This document shows, piece by piece, positions 1 to 14,103 of a DNA stretch of 64,000 bases. The stretch covers positions 11,966,080 to 12,030,079 of the forward strand of contig OZ199839.1 of assembly GCA_964304625.1 (NCBI GenBank), written 5' to 3'. The notes beneath the pieces are model-generated. The model had not been told where the DNA came from, made no database searches, and saw nothing but the letters and a program-made list of their open reading frames with translations. The position numbers were made by a program, and so were the translations under genes. Source of the DNA: Kudoa neothunni. Taxonomy: Eukaryota; Animalia; Cnidaria. Numbering within the stretch: the stretch's first letter is position 1; each line of letters opens with the position of its first letter.

Positions 1-1228
1 CACAAATATTTGTCGAAAATTTACTGCGCGAAATAAACAGCCATAAACGAAATATAACAAAATTTTACTTAATAATGTAATTAGTTTTTATATTTAAGAA
101 GAAAAAGAAAAAAACCTAATACAAACAAATGAACCTCATTTCGTTTAAATCTCATCATCATTATTTGCTGCATCCGTGGTTTTAAGAAACCATGAAAAGC
201 AAATAGAAATCAACGTATACGTGAGGAATTACACCGGAATACAACTATACAGTCAACGTATAAAGGGATATAGAATAAGAAATTGAATTCTCACTTGAAT
301 TCTTTTAGGGGCCTGTTAGTTGAATCATACTTATAACAATGTGGTAGATTAAATTTTTTAACATTAAATCTTATAAACTCTTACCAGCGAAATTTCGTCA
401 AACACTAAATTTTGAAAAAATGCAGACAAACAAATTCAAAATACTTCCACAAGCAATATTCAAAGATATAACAACATAATACAAAGTCACAAATAAAACT
501 AATGCGTTCAGTTAATCACGATTTATGGTTACTTTAAGATTTGAGGTCAAATTGTCCCTGGAATTGGATTGTAGTAGTCTTAAGAAGATAGCGAACCGAT
601 ATTTTACAAAATGTACTTCTTGGAAGATTTGCATATGCAAACTCAGAATTGATCAGCAACACGTTTCCAGAATAGATACAGATATGTATTTTTCTAACAT
701 CCAAGATATGTTTAACAAGCAAAATAGCCAAACCTACCATTTTTAGATTGTTTGGAAATCCACCCAATTTCTCATCCTATTTCAATGAAAGATACTAATG
801 GCATTCTTAAGAAAATAGAGGTTGATATAACACTTCAAGTCACTATTAATGGTCCCCATAAAGTTAGATCAGCGGCGTGAAGTATTAGACATTTTTTTGT
901 AAAATTAACGCAACACACTTCAAACAATAATCGAAGCACAATAATCGCATAACCTACTGCAACACCCAAAATTAAATGTCGGGGATGATGAATGTTATCA
1001 GTTTTGCACTCCAAAAGTTGGCAAACAAAAGTGTGTCGTGTAAAGTTTCTACTTATATCGCTTAATGATGATACAATAATGTTCCACATAACATGGTAGA
1101 TATATTCCGAAAAATAAAATCAAAGAAACATTGTTTCATATAAATAAATTTGAATGAAATTTATATAAAAACTGAATTTAAATAGGCGAGTAAGATCCAT
1201 AAAGATAAGAAAATGATAGCATAGCCAG

Positions 1229-4200
1229 TTACCGTAATATCTCCCTATAAACTATATTTTTGGTCCGACCATTCATTTGGAGAAAAACTGTATAAATTGT
1301 GTTTGGAACCTACCCTGGAGTTGGCGACATACAACTGCTCATGAGAAAAACGCGGTTCCTCCAAATTTAAATTGGCAACTTTGAAGGTTTGCTCTTGGGC
1401 CTTATTTACGAACATTGCAAAGCATGGTTTGATGGGAAATAGCAGTCTTCTAAAATTAAAGGTGGCGTCTGAAGGGGCAATCGGAATATTTACATTCTCT
1501 TAGGCACAACCAGTTACGATAGTGGCCAAAATAAGATAAGACATTAGCGACTTTACCATTAAACGAGTGCCGTAACACAACCTTGGTGAATCCAAACTTC
1601 TTATCAATATAATTGGAATGGCTAACTTTAGAAGAATCTTGTGCGAAGGAACCCCCGAAAGCTCTAGAGTCTAGACTGTTGAGGAATTCAACAGGGAAAT
1701 TGACACACTGATATTTGTTCACAACAGTGACATATGGTTTATACACTGAAGAGTCGCCTGGAATAAGACGAATCAATCTATCATTGATTTTGTTTACGGA
1801 ATGGTTTGTGGGGGTTTAGATAGTTCGTTCTGAGAGCCAATTTGAGTATGAAAAGTTTGTTTGTATTTCTAGTAAAATACGGTCTATCAATTCATCCATG
1901 AACAAAACCAGGTTTGGCACGGAGCATAGAGGATACATCCATCGGACTCAATGGTAAGTTGATCATCACCAATCCGTAGTATTTCTGAAATAGATTGACT
2001 GGCTCCTTATTCGTTGATGATTTGCACTCAAATATTGGCGGTGAGATGGATGGTTTAACGTTTGCCCATGTGGAAGAGAACTTTATGGAACATTTTACTT
2101 GGTCATATCTTGTACCTCTCGTTATTAAGGGTAGAGTTTAACTAAAATCGCCAGACAAAATCATTGTGATTCCGCCAAATGGAATGTTTTTGTATGTTAA
2201 ATCCCTTATTCTTCTATTTAAAGCTACGAAAAACACTCTGTTTGCCAACGTGCATTCATCCCATATGATGATCGTGCATCTGGTCAACAATTGGGACAAA
2301 CCTGCCTCCTTGCTGATTGCACATACTTCGGCTCCATCACCCTTAATCGTGATTAGCAACATAAATATACTGTGGGCCGTGCCATTCCCTGGTAATAAAG
2401 TGGCTGCAATACCCGGAGAAGCAACAACGAGAAAATTTTAGAATCTATTCTTAATTCGGCAAATAAATGGTTTGACACTAATGTCTGACCTATACTACCT
2501 GGTGCACCAAAAAAAAAACGTTACAAACACCTATATTGTAATAAATGCTCCCCAACACTGTTTTGAATGCAAATCGTCGGTCAGTTGTCAGTTTCGTCTT
2601 GTTTATTTCTACAAACTCGGATAATTGTTCAGTGTTGTAGGTTAATTCTCTCTGGATTTCGTTTGGAAGAGAGGCGCAAAACGTTTTGTCCAAATGAGGA
2701 AATCCGTATGAATTTAACATTACTCCATCCATTTGAATTAAGTGTTGTCTGTGTCAATTAGGGTCATGTTAAAAATGTCAGAATTAAAAATCACGTTTGG
2801 CATTAAACTGGTTTGTTACAGTTGATACCGCTAACCTTCCGACATAGGTTTCCTAAAAAGTAACCACAGTTTATGAAGCTGGCGCATTTCGCAATTTCTG
2901 ATCAACTGTGCGAATAATTTTCGTAATTGACGTGGACTGTTTGCATGAGCAGCTTCCCTTAATATACATTCTCAGTGGTTGTCTCCCTTCAACAAATCAC
3001 TTTCATTGCACGCTTCAAGGAATATTGGATATACCTGGCCGTGAACCTTTTTATGATTTTCAAAAGTTTTAGGCCCATTTACACAATGGAGCAACATCCT
3101 CAAATAAAAACATTCTTGATGTGAAAGATGTACACTGTAAACTCTTCCTATTGTAGAGTCGAATCGTATGCCTGGATGGCCTTCAACTGGACATCCTCTT
3201 TTCCCAATGCCAACTATTATCCGACCATATGTAATAAGATGAGACAGAGCGAATTCGTCATTCTGGCATAGGCTGAAAAAGCGGTTAATCTCGTGTCCCT
3301 TTGGATTTTGTAACCGATTCAACAAAGTTTCGTCGGTGAAATAAATACGCTGACCGTTCTCCGAAATCCCTCACTACTGCTTATGTAGCGACCAGGCTGG
3401 TAATTGGAAACTTCATCCAAACGATCTTCTTGATTAGCAGCAAACATGGTCGCATCAAAACCTTTGTTTACATACTTGCATATATATTTGGGGGTCTTGA
3501 CTGAATTGTAATACTCTACATTAATATGAGTATTGAAAATCTTCGTCAACAAAGGACAATAGGGAACAATCCACTTATTTTCTATGATGATTTCCCTATC
3601 GTTGTTCAGATGGATTGACGCACCAAAACCCCATCTTCAGGTTTTCTTCTGTAAACATGATATCTATCAGTATTCGTCTGGGATAGTTTTTGGTGCATTC
3701 TCTCTGATCATACATGTATGGGCTTTTTGGATTCAACGCACCACAGAGACCATGGTTGTTCTTACAATCTGGAGCAATACTGGATCTACACCTGGGTCTG
3801 GTAATTCGTTCGATATGAATTTGTCGATATCATTGGAACGCAGTTTCTAGTTCATCTAGACCAATATATGAGCGTGTGGAAGCCCTCTTTTCTGTCACTC
3901 AATACTATACATATAACACTGAATTTCACCATAAAACTTCAATTTATGAATTAAAATCATCAAAACATTTAACTTCAAGTTGAATACTCTATCTACTATG
4001 TCCAGTCTCTCTTTAGATGCTTGGCCAGGAAATAACTCTTCATTCAGTTAGCTCCAAAATGGATTAGATTACATGTGAATGTTATAAATAGGTCTGGCCC
4101 TCTAAAACATCGAACGTAGGTCATGGCAAGTGTCATGTACATAATCTCTTCTTTTAACAACGTTAAGTATTATAACCTCCTCCCAGCTCCAAAGTACAAC

Positions 4201-6062
4201 ACTTAACTTTTTCCTAGCAACCGACTAATGTGATTCATAATCATCGTAAATGATTCTTCCCAATATTCAACAAATAGAAATACTCATTCCTTAACATCCA
4301 TTTCATAACCTTATCCTACAAGACGCCGGTAAATGAATATCTCCAAACATCACGTATTCCACGACGAGTTCACGCCACAACGCGGGTTGCTTCAATACAA
4401 AAATGTAGCATTTAAACATTGTAGTAATTTATCATTAGTCTAATCCCCTTTGTTGTTTTACTTTCAAACTGTTTTCTTTTACTGGCGCTAGCATTCATAA
4501 CTTAGTTACAACAACAGGCTGCATTTTCACGTTCATATAGCATGGTGAACCTACAAAAGTCGATGGCAAAGTATACAACCGTCCCCGCCCATTTATTTCA
4601 CCGTTGCTACTAATGCTATCAATTAAATTGATGTAAGAATCAACACGAAGTCTATATTGTTTCGCTCTGATAAAACAAAGTCTCTCTGATTCCATCTTCA
4701 CAAACATATCTACAGCATATTGTTGGAATAATGTCCAAAAGTGATGAAGCATGTTAAAACTATTTTCCCCTTCCATAAAATGTAGAGAATAGAAATTCTG
4801 ACATGAAACACTTTTGTTTGCGTCAATCTGTAGAATATGAAAATGGTAACCATCTTGATCATAGACATTAGTTAATGGATATTGCAAAACATAATGCGAT
4901 CTGTATGTTTCGCTTATTCTTTATATTCTGTTATCCTTATTCCTCAAAACAATATCCTTCGTCAATGCTGCTCATCCGTCATTGCGATGGCCACCTCATT
5001 TCAAGTTGGAGAGTTGTATTTTCTCTCATTTTCTCCTTGTAGAAGCTTGTCAGAGTTTATAATTATATCAAAATCAGAAGACGGGTGCATTTCTAAGTCA
5101 TGCCTAAAACTGTGGATGTAGCTAGTGTGTCTGTGTAACATACATATCTTGAAGCGCTAAAATAATATTATGCCTATGCTAGAGATACATGTTGGATCGA
5201 TTTTGAGCTTGAAAATACATGTTTTGTATGAAATATAATCTCAAGAATTTCGTTGCTCATTTTCAGAAGTCAATAGCGATTCAATTCGATGACACATTCG
5301 ACCGTGAACCTTAAAAGTAAAGTAGGCATGAATCTGTCCCTACAAATTACGTTCGCTCCAAAAGATGTCATCTGGAAAGTGCAGTTGTATTTTCGGATAT
5401 TTTGTAGCAAGTTTCTTGAAATTCCGGAGTCTTTATAGAAAATGAGATGAATCAGGTAGTGTATCAAAAATAACATTACCGCCGGAACAACACATACCCG
5501 AAAATTCGTTTATCCACTTCTTAGCGCGGCATTTTGGACAAATTTTCGACATTTTCCAAATTGTAATATTCGTTTCATTTTCATGTTGTAGCAACGTTCG
5601 TAATGCAAAGCGACCATATTCCAAGTATCATCAGGCATACTTCGCGTTTGTTGACCTAATAGAACAGGAGTGTAATAAGGTTCAGGTACAAATTTACTGT
5701 CTAATCCTGTGTTGTGTTCATTTATAGGTGACACTGCAGGACTCTGTTGAGTCGTCTCACATACACGTCGATTTCTATTTCTTACTCTATTTGCTTCTCG
5801 TCTTCGTTCTCTTTGCTCGTCGGCAATTACGTTGTGAGTGTTGGTGTGACTCCTGAGAAGAAATAGAAGCAAGTGGATTTCGATTTGAAATATGCATTCA
5901 CTGTGATTCTAAATCACACTCAGGCCATATTGTTGTTTCCACAACTCTCCTCTCTTGTATTCGCCTAGTTCGTCGTAGCGATGAATGATTCGATGAATTG
6001 TGCATACATATTGTCCGTCCATGTGAACAGTCTAATCGAAAGCAGGGTTGAGTGTGCGATAT
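1229..6062 (-). pseudogene. Helitron Rep/Helicase (RepHel) pseudogene, frameshifted
   Basis: Minus-strand translation gives Rep HUH motifs GPDLFITFTCN (~4075-4105) and QKRGLPHAHIL (~3865-3895), KYICKYVNKGFD, and PIF1 motifs IIIWDECT, PFGGITMILSGDF and FPIKPCFAMFVNKAQEQT...SHEQLYVANSRVG. The C-terminus TKNIVYREILR* has its stop at 1229. N-terminal CPKC/CCSGG and YNCTFQMTSFG motifs are present. Confidence 0.95.
4131..4513. mobile_element. Solo LTR (383 bp) inserted in the Helitron Rep domain
   Basis: TG...CA ends (tgtcatgtac...gttacaaca) with an imperfect 5-bp TSD (GCAAG/ACAGG). Removing it plus one TSD copy restores the Rep frame GSPCYMNVKMQ-LAMTYVR. Confidence 0.7.
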
Positions 6063-6067
6063 CTTGG

Positions 6068-6197
6068 TGTTATTAATTTGATGTAGCGCTGTAGAAAAAC
6101 ACACTGTTTATGATGATAACGGATAAAATGCCGCTTAGATGGATTATCCATTGTTTATTATATTGCAATGTTAAATAACATATGCAAATCCGTCACA
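6068..6197 (-). repeat. 3' LTR of BEL/Pao element
   Basis: TG...CA ends, direct repeat of 11415-11544, adjacent PPT (minus strand TTTGGGGGAG). Confidence 0.95.
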
Positions 6198-6213
6198 CTC
6201 CCCCAAATTAAGT

Positions 6214-9200
6214 TCAGAATCCATCAATTTCTAAGGGGTAGAGTTGAGCCAAAGATCTCTTAGATGTCTTTCGGTTACCAAACTTAATCGTCGCCGACCT
6301 TATTTGATTATCATGACCCTTTAGCAACTGTATGACTCTAGCAATTTTCTAGTTAAGCTTTGAGTCCTGGTCATGCACCAGAACGATATCGCCAACTTTA
6401 GGTGTCAGTTCACTAGGCGATTCAGTAATCAACCGGTTGTTGTATCTTTCTTTCAAACTCAATAGGTATTCTCTTCTCCAATGATTATTGAATACTGAAA
6501 GTAATTTTTGACCCTTTTTCCAATGATTGATAATTTGTTCCTTCCTTAGATCCATTTGAAATGTTTCCAAATCATCCTCAGGCTTTAAGGTATAAGGATC
6601 ACGTCGTGGATTCAGTATCAGAAAATCATTAGGTGTGATGGGGCGAATAACGGAATCAGCATCAACATAGGTTAATGGTCGATTATTCACCACATTTTCC
6701 ATTTCGAATAAAAATGTCGACAGATGAGATAAGCTAAGTATCTTCTTTTTGGTGGTATATTGAAAACAGTTTTTGACAATTTTGATTAATCTCTCATATA
6801 CGCCTCCCTTCCAAGGAGCAAACGCTGGTGTGAATTTCCATACTACATCATTATTAGTGAGAAAATCTTTTATTATGGATTCAGCCAGTCCGAATTGTGT
6901 TGCGTTATCCGATAAAATTTCTAGCGGTCTCCCTCTTCGAGCGATAAACCTACGATGACACATCAAGAACTCTTCAGCGGATAAATTGTGAATGATTTCG
7001 AGGTGTATTGCCCTTACAGCTAAACATGTGTAAAGTAAAGGCAGATCCAGACCTTTTCATTATCTGATCCGATCATTACCCCAATTGGGCCAAAATAGTC
7101 CAGGCCAACATGAGTGAATGCAGGAGATACGTTAACTCTAGAGACAGGAAACGGTGGAACATTGTAAGGTTTACTCTTTAGTATTTTGCATTGATGACAT
7201 TTTCTAATGAATTTTTTAACTTGAGATCGCCCTTTAGGTATCCAGTATTGCGATTGAACCACTGAAAGCGTATAAGATACACCACCATGAATCGCTCTAA
7301 GATGAGCATCCATGATAATGAGTTTCGTGTATTTTGTTGGTCTTGGTAACAATTTAGGATTAATTTCATCATATGCAAGTTGGGCAAAATCAAGTCGACC
7401 AGCACATCTGACTAGATCATTTTTGTCGAAAAAAAGTCGTGGTAAGTTGTTGATTTTCACAGGTTCTCCATTTTTAACTGATTCGTATATATCATGAAGA
7501 TGGCTTTTTTGAATCCACAAGTCCCACATCATTCTAGCTCTTTCTAATTCTCGAGCCGTAAGACATCCATTTATTTTGATGTTTTCTCTAGTGTTATAAC
7601 AAAAACGATTACACCGCGCGGTAACCCGTAGTAGCTTAAGTAGACTAGTAAAATTTTCAATTTCAATAGAGAATGGACTTTGTATTAAGTGATTATTTGA
7701 ATCTTGAACAACCAATGTTTTTATTTGCGTAGATTCATGCTTTGCTAATTCGACCAGCGCTTCATTAGGAATATTAAGGTTATCTACAGCATGCATAGAC
7801 TTCCCATAACGATTCATCCGATTGTAGCCAAGTCGGGCCATTCCACCATAAAGAGCTTTCAGACAGTTCAGATACGAGCATTCCTCTTGTAGGTATATCC
7901 GCTGGGTTTTCAGCAGTAGGTACATATTTGATTGTTATATCCAAATTGCATTTGAGTTCATTTATTCTATTTTTGACGAATATCGATAAGTTCTTTTTTG
8001 AATAATACCAATACATAACGCATTTGGAGTCCACAAAGAGCATACATTTTGATATATCAATTAACAATTGGCTCTTAACAAAATGCAAGGAACTGCCAGC
8101 GATAATAGCTCCCATCAATTCGAGATTCGAGTCTTGGTATGGATAGCTTTTTCATTGGAGATATTCTAGCCTTGGCAAAAACTAACTTGGAATACCATGA
8201 ACCAGACTTTTTGTAGCAAATGTACACACAGCAGGCATAAGCATTCATGGACGCATCAGAAAAGGAGATTCGTTGAGGTTCCTCAGAACCCTGAATATCA
8301 ATGAAGCGTTGAATTTCAAGTTTTTCGATGCCAGTAATATCATTCATTATTTTATCTATTTCACTTTTGGCTTCGTCACCAATATAATCGTCCCAATTTT
8401 TTGATTCCATCCATAAATTCTTCAGAAGTATTTTGCCCTTCAACATCGTTGGACAAAAAAATCCGAGTGGATCGAATACTTTGGATCATTGTTTTTGTCA
8501 CATCTCGTTTGGGACATCGCAGAATTGGTGCCGAAACCTCCAATTCTCAGGCTGTCAGATTTTGTATTCCAGATTAAGCCTAAGACATTTATCTGTGTTG
8601 ATTGAAGTTTCTCGTTGGTTGGAAATAATTTGTTAAATTCATTGCAATTCGAGCTCTATTCCAACAGATTCATTGAGCATTTTTTGAAAATACTTATCAT
8701 TTCTTCTCGAGCAGTCATCACTTCCTCAATAGTATCTAATCCAATTATGAAATTGTCCATGTAAACGTTCGATAAAATTTTTCGGCATAGTTTTGAATTT
8801 GAACTTTCCAAGTGATGTTTTATAGTCGAACAAAGAATAAATGGAGATGCCTTTATTCCAAATGGAACTCATTTTAAATCGATATATCAAAACATTGTTT
8901 TTAGAAATGCCATTGTTCAAATTTTTGATACATAAGAATCTCGTCAGGTCTCTATCACTTTCTTGAACACCGATTTGCAGAAAACGCTTTCTCAATATCG
9001 CATAAAACTATAAATCTTTTGAATCGCATACGTAGTAGAATCCCGGTAAGATCATTCAACAGCATAGGTCCATCCAGTAAACAATCATTAAAACTTTTCG
9101 AAAGCTTATTTGATTTATACTATGCATTAAATACAATGCGACTTTTTGTCATTGGTTTGTTTGTTGGAGTTACCATATGATGAGGTAAGTAGTGACATCC

Positions 9201-11415
9201 CTTTAAACTTGGTTGATTTTCGTTGACTATTTCTATTATCTCATTTTCCAGTTGATCACAGATTATATCACAATAAATTTTATATAATTCTTCAGAATTC
9301 AATAGTTTCTTCGTTAAATTTGCTAATTGAGCCGGGCAGTTGAAATAATTATGTGGCAATTTTGAAATATCAGCATTAAATGGCCATTTGATATGATATC
9401 GATTATTTTTGGAATTTTAATGTACTTTTAAAATGTTTAATAGAAATCGTATGTTCTTCGTCAAGTGGGTCATCCGTTATACCGATCGAGTCCAATTTCC
9501 AAAGTTTTGAAACCTCTGTTTGGAAAGGTTCCACGCTGCTTACATCTGTTATAGGAGAAAGGTTTTTGTCGAGAGGATAATCACAGAAGAATACACAAGA
9601 TGGATCATCGTGTACACTCACAACCATGTTCCCAGTTGGTATAATGCCAAAAATTGTTTTTATTAGATTGATAGGTCCAGTAGATGGATCAAGCTTAGAA
9701 ACGAAGATTCTCCAGAAGTAGTTAGATCCAACTAGCAAGTCTATTCAAGCATTAGAATAGGGTGAGATTCCATCGGCGAATTTCTCCGTGCACGATATAT
9801 TTTTGACAATATTATCAAGTAAGGGGACTTGAATTTTTGAGGAAATCATCGGGACAGTTCTAACCATTAATTTAAATATCTTTTCATTAGGTTTGTTAAT
9901 GCAAATCCATGCAGTTGAAGAATTCAAAGATCTAGGTGAGGAGGATCCGAAAGTTGAGACCGTGACTTTTCCTTTTGATATGGGTTTTAGTTCCAGTTTT
10001 TTAAATATCTTCTCTCACGTAACTAGAAGCACTACCAGTATCTAAAATAATGTTAGCATCAGCAACATGATGGGTATCGTATGGACTGACAAGTGTCGCT
10101 CTAAATGTGGGAATGAGTGCAGAGTTGATTTCTTGGTTAGGTCCAGAAGAATATAATTGAACGTTACAATTATCGTTCATTGAATTACCAATATCGCAAG
10201 GTTGAATATCCTCAGAGTCATTTTTTTGAGCTATAAGAACCTTCTCTGAATGAGTTTGGAATTTTTTCGGGCAAAGGCTACGATGATGATTCAATGATTG
10301 ACAATGATAACACGCGTTATTATGATAGCAATTTCTTGACTTGTGAAATTTCAGGCATTTGATACATTTTTCTCCAAGTTTTTTAGATCTCTCCTTTGTT
10401 GAGATATACTTTCTGCAATCATCACTGTAATGATGGCCATTGCAGAAAGCACATTTCAAGCCTTTTGGTAACCGGCTGATGAAATTAGAGTTTGTTAACG
10501 TTTTATTAAAGGGTTTGAATGAAGTCACATTGGTTGTTTCCAAGAGTTCAAGAGACCAATTGTTATTCACTTTGGATTCTTCCAATTTCAATCGAAAGAA
10601 TTTCGACAGTTTTGATAGCTGGAACGGAATCATGTATGTTTCCGACATAGACAGATCTAGCAATTTAATTCTTTTTACAGACGTAAAAATGAAATAAAAT
10701 ACACGACGCAGATCCGTAGTGGAGTTGGAAATAATATTCATATTCCCTAATTTTTCATACAAATTTCTGACTAGGTCTCCTTTTTATCATATCTCTTCTG
10801 AAGGATCTCCACTGCGGTTATGTAATCCATGTGTTTCCGCGGGCATATCATTCAGCATTTTCTTTGGTTCGCCGAATAAGGTAGACTTCAGGTACAATAA
10901 TTTGGTGTAATCTCTCAAATTATTGTCATTTCCAATTAAGGATTGGAAATTCTCCCAATATTAAGGCCACCTTTCCAACGAACCACCAAAGTTCTCGAGT
11001 TTGATTGGCGGAAGACGTACGTTAGAGTTGCAGGTTCTGGTAGAGGTTAGAACCTCATTTTGCTCTAAGCTATATTGTTCGGCTTTGTTGTAAACAGACT
11101 TATAATAGATTTCTTGATCATTTGATATGATTTCTTCGGCATCTTTTAACAGAAGTTCGACGTCCACAATAATGTTACTACAATCGGTGAAATCGTTTGT
11201 ATTTCCACCATTAACGAAGTTTATGACGTATTCCTTATACAGATTCAGAAGACATGCAAGTTTTTTCTTAGTTTTACAGAGTTCAGCAATGTCTATATTT
11301 CCGTCCAGTCCATGTGAGACTGGAGCTGCTTCGATAACAAGTTAATTTTCGTCTCAATCGCAGACAGCAGCGTTATTACAGAATTTCCGAGTGTATTGTC
11401 CGCATCGGGTGCCAT
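6214..11415 (-). pseudogene. BEL/Pao gag-pol polyprotein, multiple frameshifts
   Basis: ORF pieces: LPPIKLENFGG, CAFCNGHHYSDDC/CIKC/CYHC knuckles, ILDTGS, RIVFNA, FSDASMNAYA, NPADIPTRG, HGGV...CHQC, GLDYFGP, SDNATQF, WKGGVYER, LYPLE. Confidence 0.93.
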
Positions 11416-11544
11416 GTTATTAATTTAATGTAACGCTGTAGAAAAACACACTGTTCATGATGATAACAGATAAAATGCCGCTTAGATGGATTATCCATTG
11501 TTTATTATATTGCAATGTTAAATAACATATGCAAATCCGTCACA
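11415..11544 (-). repeat. 5' LTR of BEL/Pao element
   Basis: Direct repeat of 6068-6197, followed on the minus strand by the PBS at 11400-11414 (resembles tRNA-Lys-type TGGCGCCC). Confidence 0.95.
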
Positions 11545-11840
11545 CTTGGTGTGTATAGGCAAAATATGGTTGACTCTATAAAAAATTAGGGATGCGATCG
11601 AATGATATAGTTTACTTGCCAACAACTTATTCATAAACAAATGTTTAGAGGGAGACAAGAAGAAATTTCCATTGCATAATATTAGAGTGTCAGACGCAGA
11701 ACATCAATATTAAAGTGATTGGGGGTGGAAGATTTTAGGCGAAATAATAAAGAATTAATTCAATTAATCGATTGATAAAAAATTATGGAGTCATGAGATG
11801 CAAACGTTATTTAAACTTTCAACGTACTTTATTAAATTTA

Positions 11841-12634
11841 ATATATATATATATAAAGTAGTAGTGTCTGTGTGTGCATTAATCTTCTCTTCATACAGAG
11901 ACTTTTTAGACTATTTGAGTTTCTTAGTATACTTTAAAAAAATACCAAGAGGTTGCCTACTTTCTTATAAAGTGGTTAATTTGTAGTGTAAACTTTTTTC
12001 AAACAGATTAGCGCTGATGACAATGAGATTACCACTGCACATGATACGCTATAATGTTCAATGATATTCGTAGATAACTCTAATTTTCTGTATTTATATA
12101 CAACTGAAACTTTGAAAGTTTACTCTTTTCTACTTTTGAACGTACTTAAGACGAATTACAACATTTGTTCGTGCGTGGGCGGGGTTTCTGTGCAAACAAA
12201 GATTTGTTGCTTAAACGGGAAATTAATAAATCAATACGCTTGAATATATTATTCACTTTGCACGTTTAGTTAAAGATAAAAAGTTATATTTTTTTAAATA
12301 AACATAAAATTATGTTAGAACGTTATGATTAAGTAAAACATTGTTAACAAACTTTTAGATTAGTTAGTTCATCGGTTCATCGACGGGTTGGGTAAAACGA
12401 TTAATACGCCTCATGATTTGTAAGAACTTATGATTTCTAAATGAAAATAAAGTCTGATGACGAAGAAAGTGATGATGATCGGGTCATTGCTGTTTATTTC
12501 GATTATGGCTGTTCTAGAAAGGTCGATAAGATAATTATAATTGACTTTGAACTTAAAATGACCTTCGCCCGCTCACGGCTTTTATCAGGGTGGCCGGGCA
12601 AGGAAACCAAAGCGAAGCGGGGTTTTTGCGCTAG
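11841..12634 (+). mobile_element. Non-autonomous Helitron A
   Basis: 5' (TA)n-AAAG...GTCTGTGTGTG signature. 3' GC-rich hairpin AAACC...GCGAAGCGG-GGTTT then CTAG at 12631-12634. The same 3' end recurs at 29350-29412. Confidence 0.65.
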
Positions 12635-13732
12635 TATGTATATATATAAAGGAGGACTGTCGGTATGTTTGTGTGTGTATGCCCCTAAGTACGCAAGTGC
12701 GGATAACTTTTTCCCTAAAGAGATAGTCATATATAAAATTTTTATAAATTTGTGATATTTAAAAAATCGTTTAATTGTTGTTGGACTACTAAAGTTTCCA
12801 AAAGGTATTTATGAAATAGTGATTTTGTCGATTTAAAGTTGTTTATCGTATTACATGAGTTCAACTATAGGATTATCGTTTGCTTACGTTATGGTGATGG
12901 TCGGTTGAAGTTAACTATCTCCCTTATATACTCTATCATATGTTAATTGAATGATGCCATCTGTCTTTACATATAAGATTTATGCGTTTATTTTATTGTT
13001 TGCACAAATAAATTCCTTATATCGGGAGTTTTAATGTAATTGACTTGATAAGCACATTCTGAAGGCTCTATCAATGGATTTAGATATGAAAAAATGTCAA
13101 TATTTGCATTATTATTTAGTTGGTTATATGTGTTATAATCAGATAGATTGAAGCACTATAACGCAAGTGTTGTGTCCGTAGATTTCATTGAAACCGTCCG
13201 TTATGTTGAACTTTCAGTGATTCAATTAAGTGCAGATGGTTATTTCATCCGATTATTTTAATTATTTGTTATAAAAAGCGCATTAGAATTTTTGCGGAAC
13301 AAAGGATATTAATTTTAGCAATATCAATTAATTTTCATACGTTTTCTTCTATCTCTATTACTTTCTCCATTTTTTTATCTCTTAAAAAGTTAATGGTACA
13401 CGCAGTTATCGAACGGGCCACAATTCAACTTTTAAAAATCCTCCGGCCAAAAAATAACGTTTTACATAACCTTAAACGGGATTTAAACAATTCAGGAATG
13501 AAAAAAATACGATGCTGACCTTAACTTATTTAGCGTTAGTGCCGAGCCACGAAATCTTAAATGAACATAATTTAAACTTCATAATCAAAATCGTTAAAGT
13601 ATATTGCTTAAATTTTTTTATTTATTTTGCATCTATGGGTTAATTTTAGGTTTTAATATATTTTTCGAATATTGTTAAGAAACGCGTATCTATGCGAAAT
13701 CTTCCCCAAGCAACGCTGGGCAGTTTCGCTAG
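12635..13732 (+). mobile_element. Non-autonomous Helitron B, head-to-tail with A
   Basis: Begins TATGTATATATATAAAGG...GTTTGTGTGTG directly after the CTAG of A. Ends with hairpin CCCAAGC-AAC-GCTGGG and CTAG at 13729-13732, followed by T. Confidence 0.7.
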
Positions 13733-13779
13733 TTAATAGTTAATTTCTACATTTATTATCAAAAAAACGCTTATTATAG

Positions 13780-13810
<31 letters not shown>

Positions 13811-14103
13811 ATTTAATGTAATTTAATAAGTATAAAAATACTGGAGATAATTTATTTTATTTTATAAATTTTTGTACTTGTTTTTTATTTTTTAAAAGAA
13901 AATTTTTTGTCCACTAAAATTGTTTCAATTTATTTTGTAAAGTTAGGTTATTTTTAATTTTTAGGTTTTATATTGTTCAGTGTGTTGAACAAATTAATAT
14001 TTATTTATCTCCCATATAAGAAATTAATTTGTCTGTAATAATATCAATAATACAAAAATACACAAAATCTATATTATGAATAACATGCCTGTTAATTATT
14101 ATA

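Larger units (their letters stand above)
6068..11544 (-). mobile_element. Full-length BEL/Pao LTR retrotransposon (degenerate)
   Basis: 130-bp LTRs at 6068-6197 and 11415-11544 (4 mismatches). TSD CTTGG at 6063-6067 and 11545-11549. PPT at 6198-6207 and PBS TGGCACCCGATGCGG. BEL-type triple zinc-knuckle gag, DTGS protease, RT (YLPHH, YMDN), FSDAS RNase H and integrase. Confidence 0.96.

Noticed and set aside
480-1100. Short ORFs on both strands downstream of the Helitron helicase
   Set aside because: No recognisable motif or consistent splice model. They could be captured or decayed sequence but are unsupported.
8526-8538. TGGTGCCGAAACC, matching a tRNA-Phe PBS, inside the BEL element
   Set aside because: No adjacent LTR end. 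It lies antisense within pol coding sequence (EVSAPIL), so it is probably chance.
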